DNA of 64,000 bases from an uncultured Candidatus Saccharibacteria bacterium (GTDB lineage Bacteria > Patescibacteriota > Minisyncoccia > Phycocordibacterales > CAZPGN01), in contig CAZPGN010000002.1 of the NCBI GenBank assembly GCA_964586635.1, positions 17,368 to 81,367 of the forward strand, given 5' to 3'. A program made the translations under genes and the position numbers. This document shows, piece after piece, positions 49,620 through 59,905 of this stretch (position 1 is its first letter; the number at the start of each line of letters is the position of its first letter). The notes beneath the pieces are model-generated. The model was not told the DNA's origin and did not search any database. It worked only from the letters and a program-made list of their open reading frames with translations.

Positions 49620-50887
49620 ATTACTTTTTAGAACGGCTTTCTATAGTGTTTGGCGATCCTGCCTTGCGGCGGCGCATCGGCATTACGCTCGGCATTTTGA
49701 TACTATTCCGTTTTGTTGCGACAATTCCCATCCCTGGTATTGATACGACGCGCCTTGCCGAATTTCTCTCGGGAAACAGCTTCTTCGGACTCTTGAACAT
49801 CTTTTCCGGTGGCGGGCTCTCTAATCTTTCCATCGTTATGTTGGGCGTTGGCCCATATATTACCGGTTCGATAATCATGCAGCTTTTGACCATCGTCTTC
49901 CCGAAAGTAAAGGAGATGTATCAGGAAGGCGGCGAAGCTGGAAAGCGCAAGTTCACCCAATACTCTCGATTGCTTTCGATCCCGCTCGGTTTGTTCCAAG
50001 GTTTCGGTCTGCTCACTCTGCTTGGCAACCAGGGCGTATTGATTGACCTCTCGCTTTTTGAACGCGCCGCGAACGTAATTGTCATCACTGCCGGTTCAGT
50101 TTTCCTCATGTGGCTTGGCGAATTAATCACGGAGTATGGGATAGGAAATGGGGTTTCTTTGCTTATCTTCGCGGGTATTGTCGCCGGCATTCCAACGACA
50201 CTCTCCCAAGTTTTTCTTACATTCGATATATCACAGATCCCTCTATATCTCGGTTTCCTTTTGCTCTCTATAGCTATCGTTGGCGCTATCGTGTACATCA
50301 CCGAGGCCGAACGGCCGATACCGATTACATATGCTAAGCGGGTGCGTGGAATGAAGGTCTACGGGGGTGTTTCCACATATCTCCCAATTCGCGTGAATCA
50401 AGCCGGCGTAATCCCGATAATTTTTGCACTCTCGCTTCTCTTGTTCCCACAGCTTGTTGCAACTGGCCTCTCGCAGATGAACAGCGAGGTCGCGATCAAG
50501 ATATCTGATTTTCTCTTGTTCTTGACGACTAATCCATGGGTGTATTCGATTACTTATTTCGTGCTTGTTTTCGGCTTTACTTATTTCTATACTGCGATCA
50601 CATTTGATCCCGAAAACATTGCCGAAAATCTACAAAAGAGCGGAGCCTTTGTTCCGGGCGTTCGTCCGGGTCGTCCGACCGCTCTCTATATCAATCGCGT
50701 TTTGACACGGCTTACGCTTGTTGGGGCGCTCTTTCTTGGAGCGATCGCCGTTCTCCCGCTCATTTTGCAGGCAATCACCGGCAATCCCGCGCTTGCTATC
50801 GGAGGGACGGGCCTTCTCATCGTTGTTTCTGTCGCACTCGAGCTCCTGAAGCAGATTGACGCCCAAGCGACGATGCGCGAGTATTAG
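49616..50887 (+). CDS. secY: preprotein translocase subunit SecY
   Basis: 10-TM SecY sequence. Confidence 0.95.
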   Translation: MNYFLERLSIVFGDPALRRRIGITLGILILFRFVATIPIPGIDTTRLAEFLSGNSFFGLLNIFSGGGLSNLSIVMLGVGPYITGSIIMQLLTIVFPKVKEMYQEGGEAGKRKFTQYSRLLSIPLGLFQGFGLLTLLGNQGVLIDLSLFERAANVIVITAGSVFLMWLGELITEYGIGNGVSLLIFAGIVAGIPTTLSQVFLTFDISQIPLYLGFLLLSIAIVGAIVYITEAERPIPITYAKRVRGMKVYGGVSTYLPIRVNQAGVIPIIFALSLLLFPQLVATGLSQMNSEVAIKISDFLLFLTTNPWVYSITYFVLVFGFTYFYTAITFDPENIAENLQKSGAFVPGVRPGRPTALYINRVLTRLTLVGALFLGAIAVLPLILQAITGNPALAIGGTGLLIVVSVALELLKQIDAQATMREY

Positions 50888-50890
50888 TCA

Positions 50891-51487
50891 ATGGACTCGA
50901 AAACCTTCATATTTATTGGTCGTTCGGGATGCGGGAAAGGCACACAGGCTGAAATTGTTCAGCGAACGCTTTCCGAACGCAATGGTGCGGATCGTATTTT
51001 TTACCTCGAAACTGGCGCGGCGTTCAGGGAGTTTATTGGCAGGGGCACCTATGCCGCAAATCAAGCAAAGCGAATAATGGAGCAGGGAACGCGTCAGCCT
51101 GATTTTCTCGCAATTTGGGTATGGTCACACATTTTTCTGGAGAAAATTTCGGGATCGGAGCATATAATCATTGATGGAACGCCGCGCTCGCTCCCTGAAG
51201 CGGAGATTTTTGATACGGCACTTCGTTTTTTTGAACGCAAAGAGCGCTATATCATTTATATCAATGTCTCACGCGCCTGGTCGCTCGAACGGCTCCGAGC
51301 CCGTGGGCGTTCTGATGATCTTACAGACGCTGGAATTACTGCGCGAATGGAATGGTTTGAGAAGGATGTAATGCCCGCTGTTAACTATTATCGCAATAAT
51401 CCAGAGTACCACTTTATCGAAGTGAACGGTGAGCAATCCATCGAGGCGGTTGCGCATGACATCGCGGCGGCCGTTTTCAACGGCTAG
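50891..51487 (+). CDS. adk: adenylate kinase
   Basis: GRSGCGKGTQ P-loop, ADK lid region. Confidence 0.9.
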   Translation: MDSKTFIFIGRSGCGKGTQAEIVQRTLSERNGADRIFYLETGAAFREFIGRGTYAANQAKRIMEQGTRQPDFLAIWVWSHIFLEKISGSEHIIIDGTPRSLPEAEIFDTALRFFERKERYIIYINVSRAWSLERLRARGRSDDLTDAGITARMEWFEKDVMPAVNYYRNNPEYHFIEVNGEQSIEAVAHDIAAAVFNG

Positions 51488-51492
51488 AAACT

Positions 51493-52272
51493 ATGCCGCC
51501 GCGATCGATGATAAAAACACCCGATGAGGTGAATATTCTGCGCGAAGGAGGCAGGCGTCTCGCACGAATACTCTCCGCTGTTGCCGCGCTCGTCAAACCA
51601 GGAGTTTCCGCGCGCGAACTCGATGACCACGCCCGCGCGCTCATCCATGCAGGCGGCGATCAGCCGTCATTTCTCAATTATCGCCCCGCGGGAGCGCATC
51701 GGTCGTTTCCAGCCGCGTTGTGCGTTTCTGTCAATGATGCGGTCGTACATGGTATTCCGAGTGACACCATATTGCAGGAAGGGGATATAGTTGGGCTCGA
51801 TCTTGGTATCAAGCACGGCGGTCTTTTTACTGATGCGGCCTTAACGGTCGCAGTCGGCGCGATTGATGATGCCGCGCGAGCTCTCATCGATGCGACGCGA
51901 GAGTCTCTCATGCATGGCATTCAAGCGGCGCGCGTCGGCAATACTGTTGGGGACATTGGCCACGCTATACAAACATTCATTGAGCCGCTTGGCTATGGTA
52001 TAGTACGGGAGCTCGCAGGCCATGGTGTCGGTTATGCCGTGCACGAAGAGCCATTTGTTCCAAATTACGGCAAGGCGGGCAAGGGAATCAAGTTGTTGCC
52101 CGGTATGGTGTTAGCTATCGAGCCGATGGTGAACGAGGGCGCGCCGCATGTCTTGCTCGGCGAGGACAAATTTACATTCAAAACAAGCGACGGCAGCCGG
52201 AGCGCGCACTTCGAACATACGATCGTCATTCTCGAAGATGGACCTGCGGAAATACTAACTAATGAATCATAA
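51493..52272 (+). CDS. map: type I methionine aminopeptidase
   Basis: pita-bread fold metal ligands (D..D, H, E, E). Confidence 0.9.
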   Translation: MPPRSMIKTPDEVNILREGGRRLARILSAVAALVKPGVSARELDDHARALIHAGGDQPSFLNYRPAGAHRSFPAALCVSVNDAVVHGIPSDTILQEGDIVGLDLGIKHGGLFTDAALTVAVGAIDDAARALIDATRESLMHGIQAARVGNTVGDIGHAIQTFIEPLGYGIVRELAGHGVGYAVHEEPFVPNYGKAGKGIKLLPGMVLAIEPMVNEGAPHVLLGEDKFTFKTSDGSRSAHFEHTIVILEDGPAEILTNES

Positions 52273-52754
52273 TGTCTATGCCGGTATCGGAAAAAGACGA
52301 ACGAGTCGTTATCATCATGAAGCCGGACTGCGTTCAGCGCAGCTTGCTCGGCGAGATTATTCATCGCTTCGAGCGCAAAGGACTTCGTATTATCGGAATG
52401 AAGATGGTCCAGCTCGGTGATGTCACGCTGGAGGAACACTATGCCCATCACAAAGAAAAGAATTTTTTCGAATCCCTGAAAAAATACATGAAATCATCCC
52501 CGGTCGTGCTGATTGTTTTGGAAGGCATAAAAGCAATTTCTTCTGTACGGATGCTCGTTGGGCCGCTTGCTGGACATGAAGCGGCGCCCGGGACGATTCG
52601 CGGCGATTTTTCACTAGCTCTGCCGACGAATATAGTTCATGCATCTGACAGCGCCGAATCTGCCGCCGCCGAAGTTTGTCGTTTCTTTAAAGACGACGAA
52701 CTATTCTCATATCGCAAACCGGAACATGACTACATTTATGGCGATGCGCGATAG
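52272..52754 (+). CDS. ndk: nucleoside diphosphate kinase
   Basis: IMKPDCVQRSLLGEIIHRFERKG, NIVHASD active-site His. Confidence 0.9.
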   Translation: MSMPVSEKDERVVIIMKPDCVQRSLLGEIIHRFERKGLRIIGMKMVQLGDVTLEEHYAHHKEKNFFESLKKYMKSSPVVLIVLEGIKAISSVRMLVGPLAGHEAAPGTIRGDFSLALPTNIVHASDSAESAAAEVCRFFKDDELFSYRKPEHDYIYGDAR

Positions 52755-52867
52755 CATTGTAAAGTGTGGAAAACTCGTGGATGGCACGTGGACAAGTCCA
52801 CGGAAAATCTACTTATTTTATACTTGACTTTTTTTGCGCGGAATTTAGCCGGTGATATACTTGTAGT

Positions 52868-53028
52868 AGGTTGCTTGGAAAGCTAACCAATCATAATGCA
52901 AATGGGAGTCCGATATGTTCAAGCTTCCGCCTCGGCGGAACACTGAGGACACCCACCTAGCCACTAGGGCTAGCGTACCATGCGACCTTGCCTTAGAGAA
53001 AATCCGCCCTCCCGGCGGGTTTTCTCTT
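52868..53028 (+). ncRNA. candidate ~160-nt structured small RNA (6S-like?) with own extended -10 promoter and intrinsic terminator
   Basis: TGATATACT extended -10 at 52853-52861; no credible ORF; 5' GGUUGCUUGG pairs with 3' CCAUGCGACC; terminator ccgcc-ctccc-ggcgg+GTTTTCTCTT at 53003-53028. Confidence 0.35.
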
Positions 53029-53083
53029 AATATGGTATGAATCTGAACATCAAAGTGTCGGTTCGTGTATAATAAGATTCACG

Positions 53084-54478
53084 ATGCCGCCGAAAGCAAC
53101 GCTCACATTCTACGGAGGCGCCGGTGAAGTAACCGGCGCAAATATATTATTTTCATATACATCGCAAGAGGGCGCGACGACTCGCATATTATTTGATTGC
53201 GGTCTCATTCAAGGCGCCGTAGTCTATGATGAGCGCAACAGTCAGCCGTTTGCTTACGATGTCACCTCCATCGACGCGCTGTTTGTTAGTCACGGGCATA
53301 TTGACCACAGCGGCCGCATTCCGAAGCTCGTGAAGGAAGGGTTTCGTGGCGTTATCTACTCAACGCCGCCGACAAGGGCAATCGGGGAGCTTATGGTCGT
53401 GGATAGTCGCGGCGTCATGATGAAGGAGCTGAAAAGGCGGAATATACCGCTCCTGTACGACGAGACGGATATTGGACATACGATGGCGCGGTGGTCGTCA
53501 ATCGAATATCACGAGGAAGTATCGGTTGGGCCTATAACCGCGCGTCTCTTACGGGCCGGCCATGTTCTCGGTTCTGCAATGGTTGAAATTACCTATCCGT
53601 GGGTCGGAGGCACGCGCCGTAAGCTTGTATACACTGGCGATCTCGGCGACCCGCATAGTCTCCTGCTCGAGGAGGCCGAATCGCTTGACAACGAGCCCGA
53701 CTATGTAATTATCGAAAGCGTTTATGGCGATAGAGTGCACGAGGGAAGGGATGTGCGGGCGCACCGTCTCGAAGATGCGATAGAGGATACCGTGCGCCGC
53801 GGTGGCGTACTGATGATGCCGGCATTTTCGGTCGAGAAGACGCAAGAGCTACTATTTGAAATGAATGAGATGGTCGAGCATGGGCGAATCCCTCCGGTTC
53901 CGGTATTTTTGGATTCGCCACTCGCGATAAAAGTAACGCGCGTCTACGGTCGCTTCAAAAAATATTTCAATAAGGATGTGAGGGATATTATTGCCGCAGG
54001 AGACGATGTTTTCAAGTTCGCGCGGCTTACCCTATCTCTCTCGACCGAACAGTCGATTGCGATCAACGATGAACCGCTCCCTAAGATAATTATCGCGGGT
54101 TCAGGAATGTCGAATGGCGGCCGCATTGTGCACCATGAAAAACGGTACTTGCCCGACCCAAAAAGCACCTTGCTCTTCACTGGCTATCAGTCGCCACGAA
54201 GCATGGGACGGCGCATACAAGAAGGCGCGAATGAGGTCGTTATACATGGCGAGTCTATTCCAGTTCGTGCTCGGATCGTTACTATAGGCGGCTATTCTGC
54301 ACATCGGGATTCCGATAATTTGCTTGAATTCATCCACACTGCCGGCGACACGGTTCGCGAAGTGTTCGTCGCGCTCGGCGAACCATCGTCGTCGCGCTAT
54401 TTGGCACAGCGCATGCGTGATTATCTTGGCATTAAAGCCATCGTGCCTGAACGAGAGAAGGAGATTATTCTTACATAA
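53084..54478 (+). CDS. MBL-fold beta-CASP RNA-metabolising hydrolase (RNase J/CPSF-like)
   Basis: HGHIDHSG, beta-CASP and RMMBL C-terminal region; TATAAT -10 only ~10 nt before ATG (leaderless?). Confidence 0.75.
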   Translation: MPPKATLTFYGGAGEVTGANILFSYTSQEGATTRILFDCGLIQGAVVYDERNSQPFAYDVTSIDALFVSHGHIDHSGRIPKLVKEGFRGVIYSTPPTRAIGELMVVDSRGVMMKELKRRNIPLLYDETDIGHTMARWSSIEYHEEVSVGPITARLLRAGHVLGSAMVEITYPWVGGTRRKLVYTGDLGDPHSLLLEEAESLDNEPDYVIIESVYGDRVHEGRDVRAHRLEDAIEDTVRRGGVLMMPAFSVEKTQELLFEMNEMVEHGRIPPVPVFLDSPLAIKVTRVYGRFKKYFNKDVRDIIAAGDDVFKFARLTLSLSTEQSIAINDEPLPKIIIAGSGMSNGGRIVHHEKRYLPDPKSTLLFTGYQSPRSMGRRIQEGANEVVIHGESIPVRARIVTIGGYSAHRDSDNLLEFIHTAGDTVREVFVALGEPSSSRYLAQRMRDYLGIKAIVPEREKEIILT

Positions 54479-54483
54479 CACAT

Positions 54484-55122
54484 ATGCACTTAGATCCGAA
54501 GAGACACGAGCACTTGAAGGTAAAAATCTGCGTTTCCGGTGCCGCGGAGACTGGTCACTGCGGCGATACTGCGCTGGCGAATGCAAAAGCTCTCGGCAGG
54601 GAGGTTGTTTTGCAGGGCGCCGTTCTTGTTACAGGGGCAACAACTGGCTTTCCACTCTGGGCTGCTATGGGCGCAAAAGAGGCCGGTGGCATATCGCTCG
54701 GATTATCGCCCGCATCGAGCGAGCGTGAACATTCAATGGTGTATAAACTGCCGCTCGAATATCTCGACCTTATTATCTACACCGGCTTTGGTTATTCCGG
54801 ACGCAATCTGTTGCTCACGCGAGCATCAGACGCCGTAATCGTGGGATGCGGACGCATCGGGACAGTGAATGAATTTACGGTCGCATACGAAGACGGGAAA
54901 CCGCTCGGCGTTCTCGAAGGAGAATGGGAGACCGATGAAGTCATAAAAAACATGATGGAAAAAAGTCATCGCAAGAATGAAAAGGTACTGTTTGACACGG
55001 AACCCGCGCGGCTCGTGTCGCGCCTTATCGAAATTGTCCAACGAGAAAAAATGGAAGGGAGGCGAGCATACAGAACTCCCGAGAATATTGAGTCGTCGAG
55101 ACAGGACGGTCTTATCTTGTAA
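54484..55122 (+). CDS. LOG/TIGR00725-like Rossmann-fold protein
   Basis: VKICVSGAAE... GxGxxG-like N-terminus, PGGxGTxxE-like core; weak family call. Confidence 0.5.
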   Translation: MHLDPKRHEHLKVKICVSGAAETGHCGDTALANAKALGREVVLQGAVLVTGATTGFPLWAAMGAKEAGGISLGLSPASSEREHSMVYKLPLEYLDLIIYTGFGYSGRNLLLTRASDAVIVGCGRIGTVNEFTVAYEDGKPLGVLEGEWETDEVIKNMMEKSHRKNEKVLFDTEPARLVSRLIEIVQREKMEGRRAYRTPENIESSRQDGLIL

Positions 55123-55456
55123 CCTCGATTATTCGCCCAAAGGAGGCGGGCGCGTGTTCAGCAAGGTGCGCGAGCGATTTTCGGTCTAGACCAACCCCTC
55201 GCTTTTTCAGATGGTCGATAACCTTGCTATAGGAGGTGTTGTGTGATTTTGCAAGCGCACCGATCTTCGTTTGCCAAAGACGGCGAAAGTCCCCCTTCTT
55301 CTTGCGGCGGTCATTGAATGCGTGCCTTCCCGCATGCATGAGCGCTTCGCGAGCTAGGCGCTCTTTAGCACTGCGACCAAAACGATACCCCTTTGCTTCC
55401 TTGAGGATTGACCGACGGCGCTTTATGGCGATAGTTGCTCGTTTTACTCGCGGCAT
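55112..55456 (-). CDS. rplT: 50S ribosomal protein L20
   Basis: MPRVKRATIAIKRRRSILKEAKGYRFGRS bL20. Confidence 0.9.
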   Translation of the reverse strand: MPRVKRATIAIKRRRSILKEAKGYRFGRSAKERLAREALMHAGRHAFNDRRKKKGDFRRLWQTKIGALAKSHNTSYSKVIDHLKKRGVGLDRKSLAHLAEHAPASFGRIIEVTR

Positions 55457-55461
55457 AATGA

Positions 55462-55647
55462 TTAATTGGGGAGATAACGGGATAATTCTTTCGGCGGGAT
55501 CATATGAAGCGTCTGCGTGCGCTTGCGGCCGAGTTGTTTCGAGCGGCTCGCCTTCGCATTGAAGTGATTCTGTCCCGCGCGGCGCGCGATAAGCTTGCCG
55601 GTTCGCGTGCGCTTAATTCTTTTGGAGTATGTCTTGTTTGTTTTCAT
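55462..55647 (-). CDS. rpmI: 50S ribosomal protein L35
   Basis: MKTNKTYSKRIKRTRTGKLIARRAGQNHFNAK bL35; start at internal ATG 55647. Confidence 0.85.
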   Translation of the reverse strand: MKTNKTYSKRIKRTRTGKLIARRAGQNHFNAKASRSKQLGRKRTQTLHMIPPKELSRYLPN

Positions 55648-56155
55648 CTTTTTTTGCTCGATCTCGCTCAATGATGACCGTAAGTCCTTTCGGGCTCTTC
55701 TTGGGACCATCGGCTATTTTGTAGGGTTCGGTAAGTAGACGCAGGATGCGGTCGAGGCGTTCTTGATGAAAGCCTGCCTGCATGTACTTTGCTCGCCCTC
55801 GCAGATACAGGTCGACCTTCACGCGATGACCTTCCTTTAAAAACTCGGACGCCTTTTGAGCCTTCAGTTCAAGGTCGTGCTCACCCGTGCCGATCTTTAC
55901 TTGAAGCGACTTTGTCTCGGTCGTATGAGTTTTTGCCTGCGAACCCCGCCTCTTCTTTTTTTGCTGGTACTGATATTTGCCGAAGTCCATTATCTTGGCC
56001 ACCGGCGGCACAGCGTTCGGAGAGATTTCAATAAGGTCAAGGCCAAACTCTCTCGCCTTGGCGAGCGCATCATCGCGCGTGAGTACGCCCAGATTGCCCG
56101 CCTCCTCGTCGATTACGCGCAATTCATGAGCGCGAATCGTTTCATTTATGCGAAT
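55613..56155 (-). CDS. infC: translation initiation factor IF-3, probable AUU start
   Basis: IRINETIRAHELRVIDEEAGNLGV... IF3 N- and C-domains; AAGGA 4 nt upstream of ATT; no in-frame ATG/GTG near conserved N-terminus. Confidence 0.75.
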   Translation of the reverse strand: MRINETIRAHELRVIDEEAGNLGVLTRDDALAKAREFGLDLIEISPNAVPPVAKIMDFGKYQYQQKKKRRGSQAKTHTTETKSLQVKIGTGEHDLELKAQKASEFLKEGHRVKVDLYLRGRAKYMQAGFHQERLDRILRLLTEPYKIADGPKKSPKGLTVIIERDRAKKDENKQDILQKN

Positions 56156-56241
56156 CTCATCCTTCAATGTGATACCTGAAAGACTACATAAATGCACCGA
56201 AAAAGTCAATAATCGCGATGTTGCGTTTTGTTGTGATATGA

Positions 56242-57438
<1,197 letters not shown>

Positions 57439-57450
57439 TATGGAAAGTGA

Positions 57451-57543
57451 AAACCCCCACCCGTCGGCTCCGTAGCTACATCTATGCTTGCCCTAGGGAC
57501 AAAGCAAGATGTTCACGGGACCAAAAGTAGACAGGAGGGGGTT
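57451..57543. terminator. ~93-nt nested stem-loop structure between convergent tgt and response-regulator genes (bidirectional terminator and/or small structured RNA)
   Basis: outer AAACCCCC/GGGGGTTT, inner CCCGT/ACGGG, CTTGC/GCAAG and palindromic CCCTAGGG; T-rich on both sides. Confidence 0.4.
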
Positions 57544-57547
57544 TATG

Positions 57548-58018
57548 TTAAAGGAGGAGAGTTCTTTGGGGGATTACCGACATTCGTGATGGCGCATTGC
57601 GCCGCCACGACTCGACCGATTCCCTGACAAGCGCTTTCAAAAGGCCTGTACCGATAGGCTTGAAGCCATATCGGTACTTGTTCTTGCCACTCTCCTCTTG
57701 GATCGCATCCTCGAGAGTGGCATGGTCGCCGCTCGCGATCATTATCAGCATGTCGGGAAAGAGGTCTCTCCCGAGAGCGGCAACGGCAAAGCCGTTCGGC
57801 CCGCTACCCATCTCGAGGTCTGTCAAAAGCAGGCAAGGCTGCCTACCTTCGAATTTCAGCCTCCCAAGTTCTTCAATTGCTTGCGCTCCATTCTCGCAAG
57901 CAACTACATCAACACGAGAAGTTGATGTAGTTGCCTTGACGATGTTCTGGTACATTTGAAGGACCATTATCGTGTCGTCGACGATTACGACAATTGGTTT
58001 TTCGAGCTCGATGTCCAT
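57548..58018 (-). CDS. single-domain response regulator (CheY-like receiver)
   Basis: VVIVDD...LLLTDLEM receiver motifs; start at ATG 58018. Confidence 0.75.
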   Translation of the reverse strand: MDIELEKPIVVIVDDTIMVLQMYQNIVKATTSTSRVDVVACENGAQAIEELGRLKFEGRQPCLLLTDLEMGSGPNGFAVAALGRDLFPDMLIMIASGDHATLEDAIQEESGKNKYRYGFKPIGTGLLKALVRESVESWRRNAPSRMSVIPQRTLLL

Positions 58019-58127
58019 TGCAGAATCCCCTCTTTTCAATGTATCGAAAGTGCTGGTGCCGAGTAAAACGCTATCACGAGGAAATGTTATTGTCAAACAC
58101 TGATCGATAGACTACAATACAAGGCGC

Positions 58128-58580
58128 ATGTCAGCATATATCCAGAACAGAAAAGCATATGCAGATTTTGAATTTCTCGACACGTTCGAGGCCGGTTTGG
58201 AGCTATTCGGGCACGAGGTAAAGTCACTCAAAAAAGGGCAGGGCTCTCTTCGTGGGGCATACATCATAGTTCGAGGCAGAGAGGCATATCTCGTGGGCGC
58301 AACCATTCCGCCATACCAGGTTTCAAATATGCCACACGGTTATGATGAAGCGCGTCCACGACGGCTCTTGCTTTCCCAGAAGGAACTTATACGGCTTGCC
58401 CAAGTTGGCAATCTTCGTGGCTTGACAATCGTGCCAGTGTCTGTGTATAATAGAAGAAAGAAACTGAAGCTTGAAATAGCAATAGTTAGGCGCAGAAAGA
58501 AATACGACAAGCGCGAGGTTTTGAAAAAGCGTGCCGCTGTGCGCGACATCTCGCGAACCATAAAGCGCGTTTCCGAATGA
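58128..58580 (+). CDS. smpB: SsrA-binding protein SmpB
   Basis: SmpB sequence incl. C-terminal basic tail. Confidence 0.9.
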   Translation: MSAYIQNRKAYADFEFLDTFEAGLELFGHEVKSLKKGQGSLRGAYIIVRGREAYLVGATIPPYQVSNMPHGYDEARPRRLLLSQKELIRLAQVGNLRGLTIVPVSVYNRRKKLKLEIAIVRRRKKYDKREVLKKRAAVRDISRTIKRVSE

Positions 58581-58637
58581 TGAATATCTTTTTTTATCGT
58601 GCTTCCCCGTGAATGTTCGAGCAATCGAACATTCACG

Positions 58638-59014
58638 GGGGATGATCGGTCTCGACAGACGGCATCTTGTTCGCTTTATGTGCAAGCCGAGTACTCCGGA
58701 AATTCTCGCTAAACTTCTGGAAAAAGATACGTGCAAACGCATCAAAACGAGTTCTCTCTCCATTGAGCGGACTCGCCCTTGCTTACGCATAAGTAAGCCG
58801 TCCACGCGAATGATTCTCGATAATTCGCATAGGGCGTAACCCATTCGAGATAGGGAAGCTACTCTGCTCTAGCGGCCCCCCGAATTCACAGAGCTCGGCA
58901 GTATACGATTTTTGTCGGTTTTCGACGGATACTGCTCAAACCAAAAGCCGACTACGCTTGTAGACACATTTCGCAAACACCGCCTGCACGCGGGTTCGAT
59001 TCCCGCCATCTCCA
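58638..59014 (+). ncRNA. ssrA: tmRNA (SsrA)
   Basis: 5' GGGGAUG pairs with 3' CAUCUCC (G3-U70 wobble, Ala identity); T-arm GCGGG-UUCGAUU-CCCGC; directly downstream of smpB; candidate tag ORF GCA AAC ... ending LALAYA-TAA at 58733-58792; CCA not encoded. Confidence 0.8.
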
Positions 59015-59102
59015 CAGACATAGAACAATCTAGAAGAATAAAAATGCCATGATTTTCATGGTGTTTTTATTTCTTGTGAGTTTAATCCGTGAATTAAAAA
59101 TT

Positions 59103-59823
59103 TTATTCTTTTCGCTCTGTGCAATAAGCGATCATTTGTGAAAGTAACTCTGTACGATCAACCGCGCCACCCGCTAGATTGTGTGTTGCGTCTTTTATTT
59201 CACACACAAGTCGTTCTCGTGCCGATGTGGCGCCGGCAATAATTTTATCTTGAGACTCCTTGGGTACTATGGTATCATCCGTGCCTCGAATAAACACAAA
59301 TGTTCCGCTGTAGGATTGTAACGACGATAGAAGATTCTTTTCGTTCGGCATAGTTGAAAGAAGCGGCTTAGTGGTCGTCGAGCTCTTTCCACAACCACTT
59401 CCGATCATAATGACCGACTCGGCTTTTTGTAATAATTCGGGCAAAGCAAGAAGGAGTGTCCCGCCAAATGAGTTGCCAACAATGATAATCCTGTGCTCGT
59501 CGGAAATGAACCCTTCTCGCACGCACGCAGTAAACCCTCTTTCTATATCTTCGCACTCTTGTTCAAATGTTTTACCCGTAAATGCTTCAGGAATGTCGAG
59601 CGACAAAGCCCCATCCAATCGAGCAGTGTTGATGCATATAAAGTTATAGGAGCTTTTGCGGGCTGAAATAAGTGATACATCCCACGAATCGGACGCATCA
59701 GGGTTATGTAATCCATATATACCCTTTAGAAGTACGACTGTGTTAGCGCTTGGCTGTAACGATTCATACCAAAAAACTTCTATTGGCAGCGAATGAAAAG
59801 ATGATGAGAGAGAACTTTTTCAT
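59103..59823 (-). CDS. secreted/membrane-anchored alpha/beta hydrolase (GNSFGG nucleophile elbow); reading frame interrupted at A6 run 59771-59776 (pseudogene or sequencing indel)
   Basis: ATG 59823 gives signal-peptide-like MKKFSLIIFSFAAN then stops; the conserved hydrolase body continues in the +1 frame without a start codon; one-base change in homopolymer restores a 239-aa protein. Confidence 0.5.
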
Positions 59824-59838
59824 GCGTATATTGTAACA

Positions 59839-59881
59839 AAAAAATCCCCCGACTGTCTCAAACTCGGAGACAATCAGGGGG
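59839..59881 (-). terminator. intrinsic terminator on minus strand lying between the uORF and the hydrolase start (attenuator-like)
   Basis: minus-strand ccccctgattgtctc-cgagttt-gagacagtcggggg (14 bp incl. 2 G-U) followed by AUUUUUUU. Confidence 0.5.
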
Positions 59882-59905
59882 CGTTCAACGAAACTCAGGT
59901 TTTGG

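Noticed and set aside
52896-53021. 16- and 41-codon ORFs inside the candidate sRNA
   Set aside because: They have no RBS, and the longer one reads through the terminator hairpin. Noncoding RNA is the better explanation.
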